A DNA stretch of 64,000 nucleotides from Octopus bimaculoides (lineage: Eukaryota), in assembly GCF_001194135.2 (NCBI RefSeq), contig NC_069000.1, positions 2,409,311-2,473,310 on the forward strand. The letters run 5' to 3'. Positions 53,967 to 64,000 of this stretch are shown here, piece by piece. The notes beneath the pieces were generated by a model. It did not search any database, was not told the origin of the DNA, and worked only from the letters and a program-made list of their open reading frames with translations. The translations under genes were made by a program, and so were the position numbers. Each line of letters opens with the position of its first letter. Positions within the stretch are counted from its first letter, which is position 1.

Positions 53967-55881
53967 TGAGCACGCTAAAATATTGATGTTTAAGTTTAGG
54001 TATTTACATGTTCTGTCTCTCTACGATCTAACTTCAAATCCCACCATGGTCAAATCTTATTTTTTCCCTTTCGGTGTCTATACGTCAGGTACCGATTCGA
54101 TCAAGCCGGTGTGTCTATGTTGATAAAAGAAAAAATCATTTTACTTGGACTGCAGCTACACAGAATAATATTCATAAATTGTTTTTGATTTATTATATTG
54201 AACCGAATACTGTCAACATTGAAGTATATCTAAGGCATCAGATAACAGAATTATAAGGACATTTATTATTAGGAATTAGAAATATTAAAATGAAAACAAA
54301 ACAGAGAGATTAGTGTAACGTTTAAAATTTCAGATTGCAAGATAGAAAAATTGGATAACATTCTGAACATGATAAATATACAACGAATTGAGAAGAATGG
54401 GTAGAGACTTTAATATATTATATATGCATACAATCTATCTATAATATTTCTGTAATTTATCAACATATCATTTATATAATGTATCTGTATAACAGTCATG
54501 TTATTTATATGTATAACATTCACAAAAGTGAAAACTATTAAATGATTGTTCCAAAAACTTGTCAAGGAAAGCGGAGCGTTTATCTCTCAAAGATTTATTA
54601 TAAAATTCATCTTCATACTTTTTTTATTGTTTAAAATTTCTTCATGAAGAACAGTATTTTATTTTCATTCACTTCAGTTTTTGTTTGTTTTTAACCAGAT
54701 TTTCTTTAGTAGTTATAATTTCACATTCATGTCTCAATCGGAAAAAATGATATAATATATAGGCTGTTATAAATTTCCATTACTGATGTCACAAAGCGTG
54801 AAATTAAATGATCTCAATTGCTATGAATATATTTGTAAGTTTGGTAAAGGCATGCATTATACTCGTAATATTCCGAACAAAATGACGCACACATATACCG
54901 TTACTCATTCATAAACATGCCCACATACACACATGTACATACACATAAATTCTTATTAATTAAAACCGTTTCCAATTCGACTGCTTTTAGATAGGTTATG
55001 ACGGTTAACTATAATATTGACAATGGTTTTAAAAGTAACTTTTTCATCTCAATATTCTACTTAATCAAAGCAAAGCAATTGCTACAGCTAAGGTTCAAAT
55101 GTCGTGTGATACTTTCATGAAATAGTTGGTCAAGCCATGAAACCCCTAGAGACTTTCAATGTGATACATACTATATATTTGAACATACAGCTGTCTGTAC
55201 GTTCATTATGGTTGACTGAGATACTGTCTATCTCTCACTAAAATTCATCAACTTTTGTGACTGTATTTACATAGTATGAGACTCGAAATTATTCCTAGAA
55301 CTTTCCCAATCACCATTCAAACTTCTGTTGCCTTATATTCCTCCCAACCCATTTCCTGATGTTGCTCAATCATTCCATTCGTTCCATATTTTAACGGAGT
55401 TTATTTTCTAATATATTCTCTGATAGAAAGACATCATCGTTTCGATTGTATGAATAAATCATTCTTTTGTTTGACAATCAAAATTTAAATGTGATTTATT
55501 GTAAAGTGCAATGGATAAATGTGTTGTCAGAGGTCTCAGTCTACTACGCATCTTTTGCGCCACCAGGAGAAGTACACAAACTAACATGAATTTTTCAATG
55601 TTCGTTGTCATAACAGAGCGAAAATCCCCAGTTATATTGTATATACAAATGTATCTTTACTTTCTAAATATAAATTTGATTTATTAATATTGGATGGCAG
55701 TGTTTGGGGTTAGAGGCGGAAAAAATAGTCAATGAGTCATATTAAATTCTTTTCAAAAATTAAATTTCTCTGAATAGTACAGGAGGAACTGATGTAATTA
55801 GAAACATATTTATAGATGGATTTCCGAGTCTCATCCACTTGATTTTGGCAGTTCACTTTTTTTATTTGATAAACAAATAAA

Positions 55882-56295
55882 AGCAGTGAAATGGTAGAAA
55901 CGTTAGGGTACGAGCTGGTAGACACGTTAGCACGCCGGGCGAAATTCTTAGCGGTATTTCGTCTGCCGTTACGTTCTGAGTTCAAATTCCGCCGAGGTCA
56001 ACTTTGCCTTTCATCCTTTCGAGATCGATAAATTAACTACCAGTTACGCACTGGGGTCGATGTAATCGACTTAATCCCTTTGTCTATCCACGTTTGCCCT
56101 CTCTATGTTTATCTGTTTGTGGGCAATAAAGAAATAAGAAACATTAGCGCGCCGAGCAAAATGCATAGCGAAATTTTGTCTGTTTTAGCGTGCTGTGTTC
56201 AAATGCCACCAAAATCGGTTTTGCCTTTCATTATTTCGTGGTCGATAGAATGAGTGCCAGTTGTTTATTGGGGTTCGATGTAGCCGATTCCTCTT
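55882..56295 (+). mobile_element. Older SINE family B copy split by the younger copy (55882-55906 plus 56137-56295)
   Basis: gcagtgaaatggtagaaacgttag before and agaaacattagcgcgccgagcaaaatgcatagcg...gttcaaatgcc...ttttgcctttcattatttcgtggtcgatagaatgagtgccag after the young copy. Confidence 0.75.
55907..56136 (+). mobile_element. SINE family B, full-length well-preserved copy
   Basis: tRNA-like head with B-box gagttcaaattcc (55978-55990), central ctttgcctttcatcctttcgagatcgataaattaactaccag block (similar from recall to the Meta-SINE domain), hairpin at 56056-56070, tail gtgggcaataaagaaata. Confidence 0.92.
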
Positions 56296-57121
56296 TTCTC
56301 AAACCAGAGCTCTAAACGATTAAGTGCAATACTTGTCTTTCTGATAAAAATGTATTATAATACTTTAGGCTTCGCAACAGTTACTGCAGAGTAACCACAT
56401 GTGAAACGAAAGCAGACAAGAAACTTCAAATTGAGTCTTAACAAATGCAAAAGAAACAAATTGTATAATTTAATCGTAAATGCATACAAAACTTGCCATA
56501 CTCATGACTGCGACGCGTTTGATCACAGGAGTTCCCGATGTGATGTAACCTAGGGCGAAAAATAATAACAGCATCCAAATATGTGAAATCGACGGTTACT
56601 TACGTCGTCCACATGCCAGCTGAACAAAAGGAAATCAACTTTGAACCTCTTCATGTAAAATTCAATATTTGTCGACTCTATGAAATTTGTCCTTCAAATA
56701 CACGTTTTCGCTTATATATCTTTTCACGTAAAAGGACTTCACTTGTAGTATTATAAGTCTCTTCTTCTCGCGTCACATGGCCCCACTCCAGATTATGGAT
56801 AATAAATTTCTGATAACGATTTGTTTTTCAACAACATTTGAGAATACTCAATAAAGTATATAATCATATCGAATAACATGTTACACTTTTTACACACAAA
56901 AACCCCTTCGAAAACCAATATTTAGAAGGAAAATTTAAAAACAAACAATTCCTATTAGACAAAGTAGAAATATCAGGGCGTCAGATATTCAGAATTAGAT
57001 GAAAATCATGTTTCTTTATTATTTTATTCGTAGAGATTATGTTTCCATGTGAATGTAATATTAGCCGGAATTATAGTTATAAAATGTTAGTATGATTTAA
57101 TAATAATACTAAGAGTATGAC

Positions 57122-57145
57122 TGTTTTTGTTGTTGTTGTTGTTGG

Positions 57146-57179
<34 letters not shown>

Positions 57180-57280
57180 CTTCTTCTTCTTCTTCTTCTT
57201 CTTCTTCTTCTTCTTCTTCTTCTTCTTCTTCTTCTTCTTCTTCTTCTTCTTCTTCTNNNNNNNNNNATAATAATATTATT

Positions 57281-57343
<63 letters not shown>

Positions 57344-57390
57344 GATTATGATGATTATCATAATGATAGTAGTAGTAGTAGTAGTAGTCA
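57122..57390. repeat. Compound trinucleotide array (GTT)n-(CTT)n-gap-(AAT)n-(GAT)n-(AGT)n
   Basis: Directly visible consecutive runs. Confidence 0.95.
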
Positions 57391-57880
57391 GTAATATAAG
57401 TTGTTATAGATGTGAGTTGTAATATATGAGATTAACTGCCAGATCTATTACTAATTATATTAAATATCATCGAGGAAAAAATTGGTATTCGAAAAATCTA
57501 TCTTTCGCCACGTATTATTAAATCAACGTATCACGAAAGAAAAAAAAATATGATATGCGACTGAAATATTGTACAAGAAGCGTTTATCGATACTTTCATT
57601 CGCAAAAATGTCTCTTATAATTGTTTTACATCCACGTATATGATTTAGACGACAGCGGAAAAAAGTCAACATTAATTACAATCATCAGAATTCATCTATA
57701 TACAACCCTCCCCTGACAGCAGCAACAACAGCAACAACAACCACAACAACAACAAAAGCAGCAACAAAATACAGGAATGGCAAAAAAATAGGGAAATGTC
57801 CTTAATTTTGTACGAGTCCTCCTTTGATGAACCAGCGAATGCTTGAGACTTGGCTATATAGATGTTCCAACAACTATATT

Positions 57881-58078
57881 TATTTCTTTACTGCCCATAG
57901 GAGGCTAAACATAGAGGGGACAAACAAGGACAGTCAAAGCGATTAAGTCGATTACATCGATCCCGAAAGGATGAAAGTCAAAGTTGACCTCGGCGGAATT
58001 TGAACTCAGAACGTAACAGCAGCCGAAACACCGTCAAGCATTCCGGCCGGCGAGCTAGCGATTCTGCCAGCTGGCTGC
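57881..58078 (-). mobile_element. SINE family B, full length with a 32-bp internal deletion
   Basis: tatttctttactgcccataggaggctaaacatagaggggacaaacaagg...gtcgattacatcga|tcccgaaaggatgaaagtcaaagttgacctcggcggaatttgaactcagaacg...ctgccagctggctgc. Confidence 0.9.
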
Positions 58079-58098
58079 AGACATATTCACATAGTCTC

Positions 58099-58260
58099 AG
58101 GCGTGGCTGTATGGTAAGAAACTTGCTTTCCAATCACATGATTCCGGGTACAGTCCCACTGCGTGTCACCCTCGGCGAATGTCCTCCATTTTAGCTTCGG
58201 GCTGAACAAAGCCTTGAGAGTGGATTTGATAGACGGAAAATGAAAGACGTGCATCGTATT
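58099..58260 (+). mobile_element. SINE family A, 5' half
   Basis: A-box-like tggctgtatgg (58104-58114), B-box-like gggtacagtccc (58146-58157), then gtcaccctcggcgaatgtc and caaagccttgagagtggatttgatagacggaaaatgaaag. Confidence 0.85.
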
Positions 58261-58790
58261 GTCTTTTTCCTTTTTTGAACCTATATANNNNNNNNNNNNN
58301 NNNNNNNNNNNNNNNNNNNNNNNNNNNNNNNNNNNNNNNNNNNNNNNNNNNNNNNNNNNNNNNNNNNNNNNNNNNNNNNNNNNNNNNNNNNNNNNNNNNN
58401 NNNNNNNNNNNNNNNNNNNNNNNNNNNNNNNNNNNNNNNNNNNNNNNNNNNNNNNNNNNNNNNNNNNNNNNNNNNNNNNNNNNNNNNNNNNNNNNNNNNN
58501 NNNNNNNNNNNNNNNNNNNNNNNNNNNNNNNNNNNNNNNNNNNNNNNNNNNNNNNNNNNNNNNNNNNNNNNNNNNNNNNNNNNNNNNNNNNNNNNNNNNN
58601 NNNNNNNNNNNNNNNNNNNNNNNNNNNNNNNNNNNNNNNNNNNNNNNNNNNNNNNNNNNNNNNNNNNNNNNNNNNNNNNNNNNNNNNNNNNNNNNNNNNN
58701 NNNNNNNNNNNNNNNNNNNNNNNNNNNNNNNNNNNNNNNNNNNNNNNNNNNNNNNNNNNNNNNNNNNNNNNNNNNNNNNNNNNNNNNNNN

Positions 58791-59285
58791 AGACATACTT
58801 ATAACTCCCATGTCCCTTACCCACTCCGATACGACCTACAAGTTTAAACAGATACAATTTCCCATCAAACTGCTTTCCCATGACAATCAACAAGGTGCAG
58901 GGACAATCAGTGCAAGCGGTTGGTTTGAATCTGACAGAGCAAGTATTCTCACACGCACAACTGTACGTTGGCTGTCCCCATGGTCTTTCTATTTGTGTAC
59001 CCGAGGGAAGGACGAAGAATGTTGTCTACCAAGAGGCACTCCAATGATAACAACGGCAACTTCAACTGCTCCAATTTCAACTCCGCAATTTTTTCATCGT
59101 CCTGCTAGCCCACGTAAGTCCAGTCTAGATTTTCTCTCCTTACTAACTCACCATGACATTCTTTTTTTTTCTACCAAGATCCGTCGCCCAAGCACAACTT
59201 CGTATCCACTTCTTCCTTTTTTTAATGTCTTCGTTTCTCTCTTTGCGTCATTCTCTGACCGGGTGAAACCGGGTTTAGCTGCTAG
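58791..59285 (+). mobile_element. Helitron 3' end: decayed PIF1-like helicase C-terminus, subterminal hairpin and CTAG terminus
   Basis: Translation with one frameshift: YKFKQIQFPIKL/FPMTINKVQGQSVQAVGLNLTEQVFSHAQLYVGC...EGRTKNVVYQEALQ* (stop 59045-59047), matching MTINKSQGQ and VFSHGQLYVA motifs; hairpin ccgg-gtgaaa-ccgg at 59259-59272, CTAG at 59282-59285 followed by T. Confidence 0.9.
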
Positions 59286-60344
59286 TATTTTAATATATGA
59301 GCTGTATCATATATGAGAATATATTCTACGTAGAGCGTCCATAAATAAATATACATATATACAGAAACACATACATATATACAGTTACACTCTCGCTCAT
59401 GTATGTATATATGACAACTGTAATTGAATTATGCATGGAATCTGACTTTGGAAGTATTTCTTACAATATTAATGTACTGCTACTTAATTTTAAGCAATCC
59501 TACATGATTTCGTTGTTATCGCATCAGATCAAGCAGCTACACCAGTTATACACCGTGTCCTGAAGGGGAAACGTCAGTCAGAATTTAAATATACAGATTC
59601 GGTAAAATCTTGCTTGAGGATAGATCAAACACTGGATTTAAGTCACTAATCCAAAGCTAGAACTTCAAGGTAAATTAGATTCAGATTTGGCGTATAATAA
59701 TATAAATGATTAACATACGTTTACCTCAGTCATATTCGACTGATATGCATGGTTTTATTTCGATATTTCGACAAGTCATAATATTCAAATTATCTTTTAT
59801 GTGCATTGGGCTTTTTCGTCATTTTCGTTGTCAGTCATCTTCTAGCATTTTAACTTTGTTCAAGTGTTCATCTGACACATATCCAACATCAGTCTAGATG
59901 TGAGTGCGTGTGAGCATGTGTGTGTGTATGTGTGTACATGTGCATTTCTGGGATTCTTTCTATCGCTGCCCATGTTAACAGAGTTCATTCTGTCTGTCTT
60001 TCTACTATACCCAGAGAAGTGCCGTATCTGCGTTTAAGACAAGCTTGTAAGCTTCATACGATATGCCAGATACCGGCAAACTCCAAATATACTTCGATGA
60101 AGATATATCATTAAATTGTATCTCATATTAGAAATGGGGTTGCAACTCTGCTCAGATAAACTAAAGCGCATTCTTCCGCTTCAGAGACACTCGACGGATT
60201 GGAACTTTCGAGGTAACATGCCGCCCTCCAGCCAATAGATACGTCTTCTCTTTCCCTCTCTCTCTCTCTCTTTCCCTCTCTCTCTCTCTCTTTCTCTCTC
60301 CGTCTCCCAATACTCTTCTGTCGATATTATTTTTTTACTTTTCT

Positions 60345-60532
60345 GTTATATGTTTCATACATTAGACTGCGGTCATGCTGAGGCGCCATCTTGAAGAATT
60401 TTAATTCTTAATCCTGGTACTTATACTGCCGGACTCTTTTGTCGAACGGCTAGCTTACAGGCACAGAAATGTACCAACACCGGTTGTAAAGCGGTGGTGC
60501 AGGACAAACACAAACACACACACACACACACA
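60345..60532 (-). mobile_element. SINE family A, 3' half running into (CA)n and gap
   Basis: ctgcggtcatgctgaggcgccatcttgaag...cctggtacttatactgccggactcttttgtcgaacggctag...accaacaccggttgtaaagcggtggtgcaggacaaacac. Confidence 0.82.
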
Positions 60533-60903
60533 NNNNNNNNNNNNNNNNNNNNNNNNNNNNNNNNNNNNNNNNNNNNNNNNNNNNNNNNNNNNNNNNNNNN
60601 NNNNNNNNNNNNNNNNNNNNNNNNNNNNNNNNNNNNNNNNNNNNNNNNNNNNNNNNNNNNNNNNNNNNNNNNNNNNNNNNNNNNNNNNNNNNNNNNNNNN
60701 NNNNNNNNNNNNNNNNNNNNNNNNNNNNNNNNNNNNNNNNNNNNNNNNNNNNNNNNNNNNNNNNNNNNNNNNNNNNNNNNNNNNNNNNNNNNNNNNNNNN
60801 NNNNNNNNNNNNNNNNNNNNNNNNNNNNNNNNNNNNNNNNNNNNNNNNNNNNNNNNNNNNNNNNNNNNNNNNNNNNNNNNNNNNNNNNNNNNNNNNNNNN
60901 NNN

Positions 60904-60955
<52 letters not shown>

Positions 60956-61479
60956 ATCGTTTCAGATTGGTGAAATAAAAATGCGTATAATGATTAGTTT
61001 CAGTTGTCCCAGTGATGGAGCTGTATTGCAATTTTGATACTTAAAAGATTTTTTCGTGCAACCCGTGACGTTTGGCCAACGTCACTAATTAATAGGCCGC
61101 TAGTAATGACTTTAAACGGTTGCCAGTGCTAAATGTCATTCGATGCTTCTGCCTATCATTTAGCCCGATACATGAAGAATGATTCTCAACGCAGTGTCAG
61201 TAAAAGATACGGTAATAGTGAAGAGAAGTTCATTTACGTATAATGAGACCGCTAAATTGGGTCAGTATCAATTTCTAGAATAATTGGAATGCGTAGAACC
61301 GCTTAGATATTCATGTATTTATTGATGTTGCTTAACGTCAATCATTTACACCTGCTCATAGATATAGGAAATTGAAGACTGTTAACATCATACCATTAGA
61401 CATGCGAGTTTGAAATTGTTGTATGGCAAACGCAGCCATTAATGCATACATATAGTCATCTACATCGTTATATATACCG

Positions 61480-61538
61480 AAATATGTACAAATATATATA
61501 TATATATATATATACATACACACACACANNNNNNNNNN

Positions 61539-61593
<55 letters not shown>

Positions 61594-61790
61594 TCAAATA
61601 TATACTTATATATATACATATATATTTACATATATACACATATATACATATATATATACATACATATATACATACATATGTATATACATATATATATATA
61701 CATATATGTACATACATATATAAACATATATATATACACATACATATATATAATCATATATATCTACATATACATATATATTTACACAAA
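61480..61790. repeat. Complex TA/TACA low-complexity array
   Basis: Mixed (TA)n, (CA)n and TATACA units around a 10-N gap. Confidence 0.9.
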
Positions 61791-61804
61791 CCCACGAACA
61801 TATT

Positions 61805-62178
61805 TATCTTATACAAGTCTCAGTCACTGCACTGCGGCCATGCTGGGGCACCGCCTTCCAGAACTGTAGTCGAACGAATCGAATTTAGTACTTGTATTTT
61901 ATTTTCACTTTGCTGAATCGCTAAGGTAAGGGGATGTCAACACACCAGCACCGGTTGACAAGCGGTCGGGCGGAGAGACAAAAATGGTACACACACACAT
62001 ATATATATATATATGCGACAGGCTGTTTTAAGTTTCAGTCTGCCACATGCACTCAGAAGTTTTCGGTGGGATTGGGGCGATATGGAATGGTACAAACACA
62101 CGGTGTCATGTATTAGACTGAACACAGAACCTTGTGGTTCGGAAGCAAAGTCTTTTAGCATAGCATGGCAGCCATGAT
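61805..62178 (-). mobile_element. SINE family A, full length
   Basis: Shows the whole architecture in reverse: 3' module (ctgcggccatgctggggcaccgcc...accggttgacaagcgg), internal (CA)(TA) repeat at about 61988-62014, 5' half (cgacaggct...tttcagtctgcc...gactgaacacagaaccttgtggttcggaagcaaag...cagccatg). Confidence 0.85.
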
Positions 62179-63255
62179 GGACGTATCTTTCCCTTCAGCC
62201 TATATTTTATGTGTGCGTGTGATGTGTGTGTGTGTGTGTGTGTATGTGTGTGTGTATGTGTGCGTGTATGTGTGCGTGCGTGCGTGCGTGCGTATGTGAA
62301 ATACAAGAGAAAAGAAGATATGTAATTTTAGATATAGCAAAACTAGATCTAGACATAACATGAATTCTGTGTATAGTCAATGATGCGGGGATTTGTTCAA
62401 AATAACGACTAGCAAAAACAGCAAAAACATGAACAACAGCAGGAGTAGGAACTCCAACAAAAGTTCAGTTATATTTGATAGTTAAATATATTTTTTCTCT
62501 AATTTAACCGTGTATGTAAGAAACAATATCATACACTCTCTGCAACAATATTCTTATTTCTAAAAAGATTAATCGAAAATAAAGTTCTTTTTCTTTTCTT
62601 TCGGTTGATACATTATTGATATTCGTGTTGTCTGACATTTTAAATAAATTTGATGAAACAAATGCAATATCTGGTAATGCAAAAATAACTTAAATCGTAT
62701 ATGTCATATATTGCGTATTCAAAATAGATATTATTTATTATTCTCGTGTCAGATATTTTCGCATCTGTTTTGATATGAAGCATATTTTATCTAAACAAAT
62801 TTCCAAGAATATATTTATTGTTATCCGAAATAATATTCAATGCAATCCTTTAGCGAAGAGATTTTCATTCATTTTTCTTTCAAAGGTGTCTCCTTTAATT
62901 ACATTGCATTTCTTTGAGCACATAGCATAATACCTTATCCATAATTCCGTTTGACCTTTTCCAAATATCTAACTTATTTGCCGCTCAACATTGTATTTCT
63001 CTATGTAGAAATTATTTGCACAATTATAAATATGGGTGAGTATGTATGTGTGCATGAGTCTGTGTATACATACATACACGCTTACACACACACGTATACA
63101 TAGAGAAATACACACAAACACACACATATATGTTATAAATTAGAAGAAACGGTAAAAGGTTGTCATAGTACTCGGAGTTTTAATGTTTGTTCTAATTTAT
63201 AACATAAAATAACCATCTATTTCTGTAAAATCGATCTCATTCTTTTGTTCTTACA

Positions 63256-63257
<2 letters not shown>

Positions 63258-63322
<65 letters not shown>
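63258..63322. repeat. (TTA)n microsatellite
   Basis: Directly visible. Confidence 0.95.
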
Positions 63323-63327
<5 letters not shown>

Positions 63328-63947
63328 GTATATATACATATATATACATATACGTATGTATACACATGCACATACACATACATATATAATTATGCATACA
63401 TATTCTCATATATACTTATATATATATTCATGTGTAAAGACATCGTGTATGTTTGTAGACGTGTGTGTATTAGATATATACATAAGTACACAGATTTACA
63501 CACATGTGTGTGCAAATATGTGTTATATATACACACACATATACACACATACATATATCATACTGATAAATGCGTACCATGGAAGATATCGTTATTTATA
63601 TTATTTCAAAATATGTTTTACTGAGTACAAACATTATCTGATATACAACACTCCCTTAGGGAGAGTAAAAACATAAAATATATCACATTCGACAGTGTAC
63701 TCCGGGATGAGTCTAAACACACACTAGATTCACTAATTGTGTATCCATAAACATACATAACATCCTATGTACATCCATCCATCATTACGCACATGTATTC
63801 ATATGTCCGTACATATAGACATGAAATTAGTGTAGTGGTATTATATTTAATCCTTCATTTAAATATATCAATACAAATGGAATGTTAAGGATGGGTCCAT
63901 TAGCTCCGTATAATAGAGATTGATCCATACGTTTGTATGTGCATGTC

Positions 63948-64000
<53 letters not shown>

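Larger units (their letters stand above)
8935..61538. other. 19 assembly gaps (N runs), about 5.6 kb in total
   Basis: N runs starting near 8935, 17891, 20199, 22122, 24382, 25215, 27457, 28983, 29827, 31133, 31494, 39194, 41552, 50346, 53447, 57257, 58288, 60533, 61529. Confidence 0.98.

Noticed and set aside
4745-62178. Recurrent short motifs (gtcga...tcgac, ggccatgctgg) as a CRISPR-like array
   Set aside because: They are dispersed parts of SINE copies in both orientations, not regularly spaced direct repeats, and no cas genes are present.
1522-63676. Dozens of supplied ORFs rich in HT, YI, CV, LS, RE repeats or X runs
   Set aside because: They are translations of (CA)n, (TA)n, (ATCT)n, (GA)n microsatellites or N gaps, not genes.

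Overview
AT-rich eukaryotic (animal) genomic DNA, almost entirely intronic or intergenic, with very dense microsatellites and 19 N-gaps (about 5.6 kb) that mostly sit inside or next to microsatellites. From recall of the repeat families I infer a coleoid cephalopod, probably an octopod; no database check was made. No prokaryotic system, CRISPR array, rRNA or intact tRNA is present, and most supplied ORFs are microsatellite or N-run artefacts. What is supported is a retroposon graveyard: about 20 copies or fragments of three tRNA-derived SINE families (called A, B/B' and C here), decayed non-LTR retrotransposon pieces (R4/Dong-like RT, R4/Dong-like restriction-like endonuclease, a Tx1/L1-like 3' end, a possible RTE 3' end), a Penelope-like GIY-YIG fragment, a Helitron 3' end with helicase C-terminus, hairpin and CTAG, and a possible hAT-type MITE. 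The most interesting leads are (i) a 3' tail apparently shared between SINE-B and the Tx1/L1-like LINE, (ii) a modular SINE architecture with an internal microsatellite and a hairpin module shared between families, (iii) a SINE nested inside the head of an older SINE with an 11-bp duplication, (iv) a Penelope/SINE mosaic with a degenerate hammerhead-like motif, and (v) a speculative phase-compatible chain of minus-strand exons that reads like the TM5-TM7 half of a class A GPCR. All host-gene exon calls are tentative.
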